Below, piece by piece: positions 40,190 through 54,018 of a DNA stretch of 64,000 nt. Position numbers and translations under genes: made by a program. Source of the stretch: Octopus vulgaris (lineage: Eukaryota); contig OX597826.1 in the NCBI GenBank assembly GCA_951406725.2, positions 68,324,001 to 68,388,000 of the forward strand, written 5' to 3'. Position 1 is the stretch's first letter; each line of letters begins with the position of its first letter. The notes beneath the pieces are model-generated. The model was given only the letters and a program-made list of their open reading frames with translations, had not been told where the DNA came from and did not search any database.

Positions 40190-40371
40190 GTATCGTTGGC
40201 GATGTTCTTCCCCCGCCTTCCGTTTCTTTGGACTGCCCTCTATATCTGAAGAAGAGCAAGGCTCGAAACGTTAAATCTTCTTTCCTTCCTCTCCTGAGCG
40301 TCTCATAGTACAGTAATTGTACTACGTCCTAGCGTTATTCTGTTTTCTTGTTTGTTTTTCTTTCTTTCGAT

Positions 40372-40376
<5 letters not shown>
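40190..40376 (+). mobile_element. PLE-like terminus with a hammerhead-like core
   Basis: CTGAAGA-aGAGC(aag)GCTC-GAAACGT at 40246-40271; stem I not convincing; ends in (TA)n. Confidence 0.45.
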
Positions 40377-40449
<73 letters not shown>

Positions 40450-40551
40450 CATATATATATGTATATATACATATATATATATACATACACACATACACAC
40501 ATACGCGCATCACACACATACACACTCTCACACCACACACACATACACACA

Positions 40552-40648
<97 letters not shown>

Positions 40649-40983
40649 ACTCATTGTCGAAATCAAACGACTGAAACAAACAAAAAATAAATAAAAGAAT
40701 GTATATAAAGCTATGGTAAAACAGAAAAAAAAAGTAAGTTTAATGCACGCCAGATTTCATTCTTCTAAATGCCACATAACATAATATTGATGATGAATTA
40801 AATTACACTATTGCTGGTGGGGATTACATCAAAATAAGTGTAGTTGAATTAATGGTAATATAGAAATACGATGTTAGATTTTCCTCAGATACAGATCAGT
40901 CTCGAAATTACTTCTGCAAACAAATTGTATAATATATGAAATACTGAGTTTCATTTAGCATTGAAGTATCTGTCTATCTATAC

Positions 40984-41072
<89 letters not shown>

Positions 41073-41289
41073 CGTCTGTCTCTCTGTTCCTCTGTCTCCC
41101 CGTCCTTCCGTCAATCCATCCGACTTTCTGTCTGTCCACCCATCCATTCCACCAATCTAGCGAGGTTTGTGTGTCTGTATTTGTCTCCCAACATCGCTTG
41201 CCAACCTATGCTGCCTGTCCGTCCGTCTGTCTCTCTGTCTGTCTACCTATCTAGCCATCCAGCCATCTACCCTTTTATCTATCTATCTA

Positions 41290-41482
41290 TTATTTTATTT
41301 TATTTTTTTATTTTATTGTTTTATTATTATTATTTTTCCCTTTTACGATCCCTTTTGATCGAAAACCTACGCAACCTTTGTTTTGTTTCTTTTGTGTTTT
41401 GGTTTTTTTCATCCCCCAAAAGAAAAGCTCTACCTTGTAACTTGTCCCATCTGTGTGCAGCCCTGTGTGGCCAATAAAGAAA
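41290..41482 (+). mobile_element. Putative LINE 3' UTR end embedded in (TATC)n
   Basis: T-rich tract ending ...ttgtcccatctgtgtgcagccctgtgtggccAATAAAgaaa, then (TATC)n; last 50 bp resemble SINE B tail1. Confidence 0.55.
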
Positions 41483-41483
41483 C

Positions 41484-41562
<79 letters not shown>

Positions 41563-41890
41563 AGTAATTATCTAGTCATTGTTACATACTCACATATACA
41601 TACATTTAACTTTAATTAAATCTGATTGACGCACTAATTCTCTGAGAATATGACTCTCTGATATACGTATATTCTGGACAACGATCAAGGTCGTGTACTC
41701 TTAATATGTTCTATTTATCGAATATTTAAACAAGATTGAGCTTACTAATTGGAGTGGCTCTGGTTTGTAAAGTCAACAATTGAGGAGAACTTATTGAACT
41801 TCGTCTGTGAAACATATCGTATTTAATCAGAAAGTCTAAGAATGATGAAAATATGAAGTCATATTCATGTGTTTATATGTATGTATGTGG

Positions 41891-42114
41891 AAGGCGGCGA
41901 GCTGGCAGAAACGTTAGCGAAATGCGTAGCCATAATTCGTCTGCCATTACGTTCTGGGTCCAAATTCCGCCGAGGTTGACTTTGCCTTTCGTCCTTTCGG
42001 AGTCGATAAATTAATATCAGTTACGCACTGGGGTCGATGTAATCGACTTAATCCGTTTGTCTGTCCTTGTTTGGCCCCCTCTGTGTTTAGCTCCTTGTGA
42101 GTAGTAAAGAAATA
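41891..42114 (+). mobile_element. SINE family B monomer (tail1) with 17-bp TSD
   Basis: TATATGTATGTATGTGG at 41874-41890 and 42115-42131. Confidence 0.92.
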
Positions 42115-43200
42115 TATATGTATGTATGTGGTTTGCGCGCACACACATGTGTTTATGCTTGTGTGTGTGTTTGTTTGTGTGTAGGAATATCAACAAGATG
42201 GAGGTGAGTGATCGTTGAGGAACTGCGTTCTGTGTAATAAAATCGTGATCGAAATTGTTACAATTGTTTCTTACGAAGTAGGGATTTCATAAACCTGTTC
42301 TCAACAGATTCATGGGCGACACATACATAGATTTATAGATTTATAGTATTTAGTTATTATATATTTTATTAAGAATGAAATTATTTACCGACTCTTAAGG
42401 TTGTTTTCATTCTATTCCAAAAGCCAGGAAATATATATTATAAGACATAAATTGCTTCTCTTTATGAGATTATGACTAAGACCTCTTCCTCATTGCATTT
42501 GTCATTGTAATATGTATGTGAGTTTTGATTCTGCTATTTTGCCAATCCCTTGACCCCATAGGCCAACACGCAGGTCACAATGAACCAGAAATTTCCATGT
42601 TTAGATAAATTCATGAATCACAACAAAATAAAAAATGCACGAAGTAACCGAATTACTGCACAAAATATTATTGATTTTGGTGGGGTTTTTTTGTCTGTTG
42701 TCATTACTCGGATTACAATTGCATCTTAATATACGCAGAATGAAGAGTTTATTTTTACATTCGATTTGTTTATTCAAAATAGTATAACAGTTTCAATTTA
42801 GTTATTAGAAATTAGTTATTAGAAAACTGATGCTTTCTTTTTTTTTTTGTATCTTCAAATGTGATATTACATTTGTAGAGAGAGAGTGAAAATTAATCAA
42901 ACATTTACTAGGGTGCAGAAAAATGCTTAAGAACCACTGTTGAGAAGGGATTATTTACTGAGCAAACTAACAAAAGAAAAGTAGTCTCTGAATCCCACAT
43001 TGGTTTAACTACAAGTCCACTCAAATTAGTTTACGCCATTATATTAGAAGCGCAGACTCGTGTTAGAATATACTTTCTGAAATCTTAAATCTAATAACTT
43101 AAGCTATGACATAAATGGCAGATCAATATATTTTATCTAAGATTATAACGGTTCAATAAGGCTAACTATAAACAGACATATTTGAATGTCGTAAAATATT

Positions 43201-43968
43201 ATGTTCCACTCTGGGCACAAGATACTAGATTTGAGGGGTGGGGAGCCAGTCGATTAGATCTACTCCAGTACGCAACTGGTACTTAATTTATCGACCAAGA
43301 AAGGATGGAAGGTATAGTCTGCCACGGCGGAATTTGATCTCAGAACATAAATATAGACGAAATACCTATTTCTTTAGTACCCACAAGGGGCCAAGCACAG
43401 AGAAGACAAACAAGGACAGAGAAACGGATTAAGTCGAACATATCGACCCCAGTGCGTAACTGGTACTTATTTAATCGACCTCGAAAGGATGAAAGGCAAA
43501 GTCGACCACGATTGAATTTGAACTCAGAACGTAGCGGCAGACAAAATACCTATTTCTTTACTACCCACAAGGAGCTACACACAGAGAGGACAAACAAGGA
43601 CAGACAAACGGATTGAGTCGATTACATCGATCCCAGTACGAAACTGGTACTTATTTAATCGACCCTGGAAGGATGAAAGACAAAGTCGACCTCGGCGGAA
43701 TTTGAACTCAGAACGTAACGGGAAACAAAATACCTATTTCTTTATTACCCACAAGGGGCTAAACACAGAGGGGACAAACAAGGAGAGACATAGGTATTAA
43801 GTCGATTACATCGACCCCAGTACGTAACTGGTACTTAATTTATCGACCCCGAAAGGATGAAAGGCAAAGTCGACCTCGGCGGAATTTGAACTCAGAATGT
43901 AACGGCAGACAAAATACCCCTAAGCATCTCACCCTGCGTGCTAAACGTTTCTGCCACCTCGCCGCTCT
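43201..43968 (-). mobile_element. SINE family B tetramer (head + 3 x tail1 + terminal tail2)
   Basis: Four bodies at about 190-bp spacing; perfect 16-bp TSD AATGTCGTAAAATATT (43185-43200, 43969-43984). Confidence 0.93.
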
Positions 43969-44189
43969 AATGTCGTAAAATATTGAATTTCATTCCGGTA
44001 AATTTTATTTTTTATCGTTAATTCAGTTTTATTATCATCTTGTTTGCATAAACGATGTTAAAGGCGAGATATTTTAAAACGTTTATCTAACGAAATGCTT
44101 CAAAATATTTAATGGCAATGATAGCCTTCTGCAAGCTATATATTTCCGAATAAAAATGACTCTGTATATGTGACGTAAATGCAGTCACG

Positions 44190-44375
44190 TGTGAGTGGCT
44201 GAGAAGATCACTTTCTAACCATGTGGTTTGGAGTTCAGTCCTAGATCTTGGTAACATGGGTACCACGCAGTAAGACTCAACCTTCGTGATATCTACGGCC
44301 TACACAAGCATTGTGAAATGATTGGGTAGTCAGAAATTGAAAGAAGCCGGTCGTATCTATCTATTTATCTGTCTG

Positions 44376-44433
<58 letters not shown>

Positions 44434-44569
44434 ACTCAGTCTGTCTGTGTGGCTCTCTGTCTGCCTTTATAGCGATCTATTTACCTATATATCTATATTA
44501 ATATGTATCTCTGTATATTAATAAGTCTGTTCTCTCTTTCATTCTCTCTACTTTTTCTACGTATGTATG

Positions 44570-44647
<78 letters not shown>

Positions 44648-45160
44648 CATATATATATAATAACAATTTAATAGATAAAACATATGCATACATGCATACA
44701 CATATGTACGTACCTACATCTATAAGTATACATACACGCATATATGAGTACAGGACACCGCAAATAAACATAGAACACAACGAAAAACGAAAACATAAAA
44801 CCAAACAAGGAAACGGACTTCTTTTAACAACGAAAAAACAGAGTACAAGACAAACAATACAAGGAACATTCCCATTCTTCAGCTGCTCCTGTTTCGACTC
44901 AATGCGTGTTTCGAAGGTAAGATGTATGTATTTATGTATGCATATGTATGTGTATGTGTATATGTGTGTGTGCGTGTGTTTGATTTCGTGTTGTATTTGT
45001 CCTCCACCCTCACTTAAAAATTAGAAGAGATAAAGAGAAGCGACAGAATAAGTACTAAACGGAAAAATAAACATCAAAAAAACTCTAGAGTTCGATTTGC
45101 CTCATCTGTGCGTTGCTACAGCATGGCCGAAGCTATATGACTGAAACAAGTAAATGCTAA
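44190..45160 (+). mobile_element. Decayed family A SINE expanded by microsatellites and a PLE-like insert (about 44743-44921)
   Basis: 5' half at 44190-44354 and 3' half at about 44970-45160. Confidence 0.6.
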
Positions 45161-45812
45161 AAACATGTGATGTCACAGTAATAAGGAGACCGACCACTAG
45201 CCAAGTAATTTCTTTTAAGCGAACGGTTTTCTGAATAATTAACCATATTTTAAATACCGGTTTATATCGACCAATTTGCTAATATATTTCCCACTTCTCT
45301 CCTCTCGAATATTTCCCCCGTTCTCCGTCACAGTTTTTCTATCACTCACTAGTTTTCCACTCCTGTTCTATCAATACTTCCTCGCTAACAAATAATGATT
45401 CAACAGTAAATATAATGTGAACTTTTGAGGTTTAATATATCTATGTCTCTAATAAGGCGAGCTAGCAGGAATGTTAGCACACTGGGCGAAACGCTTAGCG
45501 GTATTACGTCTGCCGTTACGTTCTGAGTTCAAATTCCGCCGCGGTCGACTTTGCCTTTCGTCCTTTCGGAAATGTAACTGAAAGATGAAAACTCCAGATG
45601 AAAACACAAGGCAGTGCTTGAGTGTAACATCGGCCGTGAAGAGTAATAAAAAATTTTTCTATCTATCTATCTATCTTTCTATGTATCTGTCTGTCTATCT
45701 CTCTATCTATCTATCTATCTTTCTATCTATCTATCTATCTATCAATCTATCTATCTGTCTGTTTGTCTATCTGTCTATCTATCTGTCTGTCTATCTATAT
45801 ATCTATCTACCG

Positions 45813-45864
<52 letters not shown>

Positions 45865-46288
45865 GTCTGTTTGTCTATCTGTCTGTCTATCTATATATCT
45901 ATCTACCCACCTATCAATCTATCTCTTTCGAGATACGGGTGCGCACGCGTGTGTGTGTGTTCACGTATGTGTAAGATAAACAGCACAATTGGATGCAGAG
46001 AAAGAAAATGCGGACAGTCACCAACGTGAGAGGCTGCAAGAAGAAAATGTAGATGCGAAATATTTTACGTAAATGAGTATGCGCGGTGAATTGTACGCCG
46101 GGGAGGAGAAAAGGGGCAAAAAGTAGATTGGTGCTTAGAGTAACTCTTTAACCAAGTAGAATAAGAAAAATAAACAAAAATAAAAAAAAAAGAAACAAGA
46201 AAAGAGACGATGCCTGATAAAAGCGCTTGTTTGTTTTCCGACTACGCACACATACAGACAGACAGACACACACACAGACACACACACA

Positions 46289-46319
<31 letters not shown>

Positions 46320-46405
46320 CGAGCGGAAACTTTACAGGTGAGTGTGTTAGATAATAAAGCACTAAAAGAGAATGATTTAACCATACGCTACAATACATAT
46401 ATACA

Positions 46406-46504
<99 letters not shown>

Positions 46505-46627
46505 ATGAACATACATATACGTGTTGCTTTGTGTGTGTGTGTGTACGTTTATGTTTGTATGTATGCATAAATGGATGGATCTAAGTAAAAAAATGTGAAA
46601 TCATCTGATATTGAATTGTAAATATTA

Positions 46628-46962
46628 GGAACACCTTCGGCTCATGAATGACCATAGGATTGCACTTAGAAAGTTACCTTCGGAGGCACCAGTCTCAGAA
46701 GGGTTGTTTATGGAGTGTCAGCAGTCGCCCATGCATACTAGACTACCCTCTCCACAAGATTCGATGTTATCCAAAGGAAAATGCAAAGACTGATACAACA
46801 TGGTACCAGTGATATCGTAATTCATTTCTACAGAGCCGTGACCAGCAGCAATGTGAAATAATGTGTATTGCTAAAAAATACATCACTCAGACTCGTCCAG
46901 GAATCGAACTTACTACCACAGGATTATGTGCCCGACGGTCTAACCACTGAGACATTCGCCTG
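46628..46962 (-). mobile_element. Group C SINE, tail variant 2, diverged
   Basis: Colinear with 38770-39100. Confidence 0.8.
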
Positions 46963-47023
46963 AATTGTAAATATAAACAGTGGTATCTCAGCTTGCGAAA
47001 GGAAAGCTGCACAGCAAGGTGTA

Positions 47024-47572
47024 CTGGCAGAAACGTTAGCATCCCGAGCGAAATGCGTAGCCGTATTTCGTCTGCCGTTACGTTCTGAGTTCAAATTCCG
47101 CCGAGGTCGACTTTGCCTTTCATCCTTTCTGGGTCGATAAATAAAGTACCAGTTTCGTACTGGGTTCTATGTAATCGACTTAATCCCTTTCTCTGTCCTT
47201 GTTTGTCCCCTCTATGTTTAGCCCCTTGTGGGTAGTAAAGAAATGTGTATTAGAAGACAAGTTCAAAATATGTCCATCATTTTCACACACTTCGAAATGA
47301 CAATGGGTTGTATTACACATATATCCATTAATTATTGTTTATTATTCTTTATTACTTCTTGACTTTTCTTTAATTAATTAGTCTTATCTTATCTCCACAT
47401 CGAACATATATATATATATATTTCTTTACTACCCACAAGGGGCTAAACATAGAAGGGACAAACAAGGACAGACAAACCGTGTAAGTCGATTACATCGACC
47501 CCAGTGCGTAACTGGTACTTATTTAATCGACCCCGAAAGGATGAAAGTCGAAGTCGGTGGAGTTTGAACTCA
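47024..47572. mobile_element. Two family B SINEs facing tail to tail (47024-47243 +; 47419-47572 -)
   Basis: Family B body plus tail1 on opposite strands. Confidence 0.85.
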
Positions 47573-47641
47573 TCTTTGCTTAATTCAAATTTTGCAGCCA
47601 TTTGCCTTACAAGGGAAAGGGTTTTTTAAAGCGGAACATAT

Positions 47642-48041
47642 CTCTCTTTTACTTGTTTCAGTCATCTGACCGCGGCCATGCTGCTGCACAACCTTTAATC
47701 GAGCAACTCGACCCCGGGACTTATTCTTTTGTAAGCACAGTACTTATTCTATCGGTCTCTTTTGCCGAACCGCTAAGTAACGGGACATAAACACACCAGC
47801 ATCGGTTGTCAAACAATGCTAGGGGGACAAACACAGACACACAAACACACACATGCATATATATATATACATACATACGACGGGCTTCTTTCAGTTTCCG
47901 TCTACCAAATCCACTCACAAGGCTTTGGTTGGCCCTAGGCTATTGTAGAAGACACTTACCCAAGGTGCCACGCAGTGGGACTGAACCCGGAACCATGTGG
48001 TTGGTAAACAAGCGACTTACCACACAGCCACTCCTGCGCCT
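47642..48041 (-). mobile_element. SINE family A, full length, well preserved
   Basis: Complete head (minus AGGCGCAGGAGTGGCTGTGTGGTAAG), core, microsatellite and tail. Confidence 0.95.
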
Positions 48042-48058
48042 ATGATTATTATTATTAA

Positions 48059-48168
<110 letters not shown>

Positions 48169-48400
48169 TTGTTGTTGTTTGACTTTTGCTTTACATTTGT
48201 ACAAGTTGGCACCGGGTCTCACCTAGAATCCTCAAGAGTCAAGTTAGAAGTTCACATTGGTGTTATGCCTAGGGTGCCATATATTTGATTTTGTACATTA
48301 CAGAGAATGTTTAAGAAACCATAAGAAAATTATGTGTCTGCTTTAAAATTTGAGATTATAAAGATTATCATTACATAAATCATCATCATCATCATCATCA

Positions 48401-48437
<37 letters not shown>

Positions 48438-48448
48438 CATGATTATTG

Positions 48449-48955
48449 AAGGCAGCGAGCTGACAGAAAAGTTAGCACGCCGGGCGAAAAGTTAAGCGTA
48501 TTTATAGTCTGGCGTTACGTAGTGAGTTCAAATTCCGCCGAAGTCGACATTACCTTTTATTCGTTCCGGGTCTATTAAATAAATACTAGTTACGCAATGG
48601 GTTCGATCTAATCGACTTAATCCCTTTCCCCAAATTTAAGGTCTTGTGCTTCCAGTAGAAATGATTCTTCTTCTTCTTCTCCTTCTTCTTCTTCTCCACC
48701 TCCTCCTCCTTCTTCTTCTTCTTCTTCTTTTTTTTCTAATAATAATAATAATTATTATTATTATTATTATTATTGTTGTTGTTAATGTTGATACGTCTCT
48801 CTTCATATTCTGAGTTCAAATTCCACTGGAGTCGACTTTGCATTTCATCCTTTCGGGGTCTATAAATTATGTACCGCTGAAACACAGGGGCATATGTAAA
48901 CGACTCATCCCCTAAACCCCAAATGGCTGCCCTTGTGGCAAAATCAGAAACCATT
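48449..48955 (+). mobile_element. Family B monomer with tail2 (48449-48663) and a second fragment (about 48805-48955)
   Basis: Family B head and body; tail ccctttccccaaatttaaggtcttgtgcttccagtagaa. Confidence 0.75.
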
Positions 48956-49598
48956 CTTCTTCTTCTTTCTACTTCTTCTTCTTTCTACTTCTTCTTCTTT
49001 CGTCTTCTTCTTCTTCTTCTTCTTCTTCTTCTTCTTCTTCTTCTTCTTCTTCTTCTTCTTCTTCTTCTTTCTACTTCTTCTTCTTTCGTCTTCTTCTTCT
49101 TCTTCTTCTTCTTTTTCTTCTTCTACTTCTCCTTCTTATTCTTCTATTTCTTTTACTTTTTTCTTTTTTTTTCTTCTTCTTCTTCTTCTTCTTCTCCTTT
49201 TTCTTCTTCTACTTCTCCTTCTTATTCTTCTATTTCTTTTTCTTTTTTCTTTTTTTCTTCTTCTTCTTCTTCTTCTTCTTCTTCTTCTTCTTCTTCTTCT
49301 TCTTCTTCTTCTTCTACTTCTTCTACTTCTTTTTCTTTTCTTCTTCTTTTTCTTCTTCTTCTTCTTCTACTTCTTTTTCTTTTCTTCTTCTTTTTCTTCT
49401 TCTTCTTCTTCTACTTCTTTTTCTTTTCTTCTTCTTTTTCTTCTTCTTCTTCTTCTACTTCTTTTTCTTTTCTTCTTCTTCTCCCTCTACTTCTTCTTTT
49501 TCTTCTTATTTTTCTTCTCTTCCTTCTTAACATTATTATCATTATTATTATTATTGTTATTATTATTATTATTATTACTATTGTTGTTGTTGTTGTTG

Positions 49599-49671
<73 letters not shown>

Positions 49672-49705
49672 CATTGTTCTTGTTGTTGTTATTATTATCA
49701 TTACT
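48955..49705. repeat. (CTT)n polypyrimidine tract followed by (ATT/GTT)n
   Basis: About 570 bp of nearly pure pyrimidine, then TAA-family repeats. Confidence 0.97.
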
Positions 49706-49908
49706 ATTGATGCTGTTGCTTTTGTAATGTAATGAGCCGCAATATTTTTAAGATGGAAGAAAAACAAATTAAGCTGAAGTCTATTGATTCCAACGGTCTG
49801 ACAATTGCCACGGCTTTTGCCGACATTTGGCCGTGCTGCCAGATGATATATATGCCTACACACACATATATACATTCATATATACATACACATACATAAA
49901 AATATATA

Positions 49909-49951
<43 letters not shown>

Positions 49952-50129
49952 ACATGTATACATACGCATACATACTGACATACATGCCAGTTTCTCTACA
50001 TCGGCTGTGTGCTGGTTATTATACTGGTTAAACTGGCTGCCAATCAAGCAGTCTTCACACAGGATTAACAGTTGATTAGATGCCGAGAGGAGTAGAAAAA
50101 GCCAAGAAATGACTAAGACCTACTGATGC

Positions 50130-50160
50130 TTTATTACTATCATCACTATCATTATTATTA

Positions 50161-50234
<74 letters not shown>

Positions 50235-50259
50235 GTTATTGTTATCATCATCATCATCA

Positions 50260-50321
<62 letters not shown>

Positions 50322-50358
50322 TTTATTGTTATTGTTATCATCATCATCATCATCATCA

Positions 50359-50401
<43 letters not shown>

Positions 50402-50463
50402 CATTATTATTATTATTATTATTTTTATTGTTATTGTTATCATCATCATCATCATCATCATCA

Positions 50464-50500
<37 letters not shown>

Positions 50501-50559
50501 CATTATTATTATTATTATTATTTTTATTGTTATTGTTATCATCATCATCATCATCATCA

Positions 50560-50615
<56 letters not shown>

Positions 50616-50640
50616 GTTATTATTATTATTATCATTGTTG
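50130..50640. repeat. Compound (TTA)n/(TCA)n microsatellite with a higher-order period of about 100 bp
   Basis: Spacer ttattgttattgtta followed by (tca)n recurs four times. Confidence 0.95.
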
Positions 50641-50924
50641 CCGTTTGTATTGTTGTTATTGTGGTCCTATGAGCAAGAGCGAGTTTGATTTCTAATATGT
50701 GCGTGTACTCTGCGTGTGTCCGTGTGTCCGCGTGTCCGTGTGTCCGTGTGTCCGCATGTCCGTGTGAGTGCACGCGAGTGTGCGTGAGCATGTATATTTC
50801 AGTAATTGCAGGTGGCGTTGTTTGTTGCGCGAGGAGATAGACCATAATTTAATGTCTTTTGAGGAGCAATTTGCAATTGCTGTTGTCGTTCACGTTGTTC
50901 TTGTAGAAGTAAATGGTAAATGTA

Positions 50925-51391
50925 GCGGTAGTAGTAGTGTTGGTGGTGGTTGTGGTAGTGGTGGTGGCGGTTCCAGTTGTGGATGGTGGTGTTTGGTGGT
51001 GATGGTAGTAGTTTTAATAACAGTAATAGTAAAAGTGGTGGTGGTGTTGGTTTTAGCAATAACAGGAGTAGTGGTTATGGCGGTGGTAGTGGTTGTAGTA
51101 GTAGTATTATTAGTGGTGGTCGTGGTTGTAATAGTAGTGGCAGTAGTAGTATTAGTAGTGGTGGTAATGATATTACTAGTAGTGGTGGTGGTAGTAGTAG
51201 TAGTACTAGGAGTCCTGGTGGTGGTGGTGGTGGTGGTGATAGTAGTAGTATTAGCAGTGGTGGTAATAATAGTAGTGGCAGTAGTAGTGTTAGTAGTTGT
51301 TCTATTGGTAGTTGTAGTATTAGTGTTGGTGGTGGTGATAGCAGTAGTACTAGGAGTGGTGGTTGTAGTTGTTGTGTTGCTGGTGGTGCTT

Positions 51392-51461
<70 letters not shown>

Positions 51462-51465
51462 CGGC
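50925..51465. repeat. Degenerate (GTA/GGT)n trinucleotide field
   Basis: Directly visible; source of the poly-Val and Ser-Gly ORFs. Confidence 0.93.
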
Positions 51466-51779
51466 AGAAGTATTGAAGTTGGTTTCGCTGATGTGGTTGG
51501 AGTCAGGTGTTTCTTGAATGTAGTGTTGTTGATTTTTTTTAACATTGTTCTACCTTGACAATTTTTCCCAAATATATCAACTCGTGTGTTCCTTTTCAAC
51601 CTTCTATATATATATATATGAAGTACGATTTATTCGTGATCAGAGGACTTCGTAAACCGACGTACTACTATATTAAATAAGTATGAGAAAGACAGGAGAT
51701 AAAGTACGATTTATTCCTGACCAGAGTTGTTCGAAAGCAGGGGTTCTACTGTGTGCGTGTATATATATACATACATACC

Positions 51780-51856
<77 letters not shown>

Positions 51857-51857
51857 T

Positions 51858-52022
51858 ATGACGGTCTTCTTTCAGTTTCCGTCTCTCAAATCCACTCACA
51901 AGGCTTTGGTCGGCCTGGGTCTATAGTAGAAGACACTAGCACAAGTTGCCAGGCAGTGGGACTGAACCCGGAACCATGTGGTTAGTAAGCAAACTACTTA
52001 CTACGCAGCGACTCCTATGCCT
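51858..52022 (-). mobile_element. SINE family A 5' half
   Basis: ttctttcagtttccgtct...gggactgaacccggaaccatgtgg...; ends at (TA)n. Confidence 0.88.
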
Positions 52023-52159
52023 ATTTATGTTTATGAATTATTGTTTATGAATTTCTGTATATGTCATTGTATACGAGTGTGTGTGTGGAAGGGTGTATAT
52101 GTGTCTATATATCTGCGATGGCATGAAACCACCTGTATGAATGTGTGAGTCACTGTGTA

Positions 52160-52208
<49 letters not shown>

Positions 52209-52444
52209 GTGTGTGTTGTGTGTGAGATGTTTTATATTGCATTTTGTGCATGTCAGAGCGTGCAAATTTGATTAAAATCTGTCCCTATGCATGTTTTTTT
52301 GTGTGGGATAGGGTGTTTCTATGGATCTGAGGGCGTGTGTGAGAGAAGGAGGGAAGCAGTGGGGAGAGAATGTATGAGTGAGAGTGGGATAGATAGATAA
52401 GTAGATAGATACATAGAGAGAGTGGAATACACAGACAGAGAGAC

Positions 52445-52519
<75 letters not shown>

Positions 52520-53980
52520 GAGGGAGAGAGAGGGAGAGAGAGAGGGAGATTGGATAGATAGATAAAGAGAGACTGTGCGTAGAGTATATATATAGAGAGC
52601 GAGAGAGAGAGAGAGAGAATATGTGTGACAGTGATATAGATAGATAGCTAGATAGAGAGAGAGAAAGAGAGAGAGACGGGGAGAAAGTGAGAGTTGGATA
52701 GATTGATAGATAGATAGGTAGATAGATAAATAGAGTCAGTGTGTGTCAGTGTGTGTCAGTGTATGTGCGTGTGTGTTTGTGTGTGGAGGATATGAGTAGA
52801 TATGTATTTCATTATGGTTCTGCATCTGAGATTATGATCGTGTGTATCTGTGAGCATAACCGTATGTGAAAATGTGAATATCTAAGTGTTTGTATAATTA
52901 GTTTTATATTTCAATGTGTGATATATAAAAAGACCGTGTGCATATATGTATATGAGCGAGCATGTGTGTGAACATGTGTGTGTGTGAATGTGTGTGAAAT
53001 TATTCTGGCCTCTGATTCGCCCGTCAGTGAAATGCCATGCATGATTTTGCGTGTGTATATGCATGCTTTAATTTGCTTGAGACTGTATTTATCTTCACCG
53101 CTTACAAGTTTGTATAAGAGCAAAAGGAAAAGAAAACGACGAAGAGAGAGAGAGAGAGAGAAAGAGAGAAAGAAGCGAGAAGGTGAAAGAAAACTAGAGA
53201 GGAGAAGAGAGAGAGAGAGAGAGAATGAAAATGCGAGAAAGAGGGAAAGAAAGAAGGAGTCAGATAGACCGATATATTGGACCCAATCCAGTTTTGAGGT
53301 CTCGAAGAAACGGATTTCCTATCACCTTTGCACTGACGAACGCAAGTGATAGGCTGGTCGGGGAGGCTAGATACACATATAGCTCTATGGAACAGGAACT
53401 GTTGCAATCAGGGTTGAAGAGACAGAGAGGGGACCACGAAATATCAATAGATTAGGGGGTTGTAGTGTGATGGGGTTTGGACTCATGCCAATAAGGCGTG
53501 CCGGAAGTTTTTTGGGAAGTGCGATCAAAAAATGAAAGTTGTGTTTAGTAGCTGCCCCGTCACAGGTATGTGAGCATCGATATCAAAAGGGATCGATGTT
53601 TGTCGATGTGTGTGAGTGTGTGTGTGTGAGTGAGTGCGTGAGTGCATGTGTGTGCGTATGTGTTCTATGTGTGTACATATATATGTATACATGTATATAT
53701 ACACGCATATATAATATATAATGTACATATAATATATGTTATAAAATATAATATATGATATATATGCGTATGTACATATGATATATATGTATGTACATAT
53801 ATATGTATGTATATGTATACATATATATTAACACGTTTATATATGCATATAGATTTGTAAATATATATATATGTATACATGCATGCATATATATATATAT
53901 ATGTATGCATGTATGTATATATATATACATATATATATGCATGTAAGTATACATATATGTATGCATTTATATATGTGTGT

Positions 53981-54018
<38 letters not shown>

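Noticed and set aside
43201-43968. CRISPR-like regularly spaced repeats
   Set aside because: The whole unit of about 190 bp repeats with no unique spacers, the context is eukaryotic and there are no cas genes; it is a SINE multimer.
48923-51599. Long ORFs of 150-269 aa that look like membrane or Ser/Gly-rich proteins
   Set aside because: They lie entirely within (CTT)n, (ATT)n and (GTA/GGT)n repeats.
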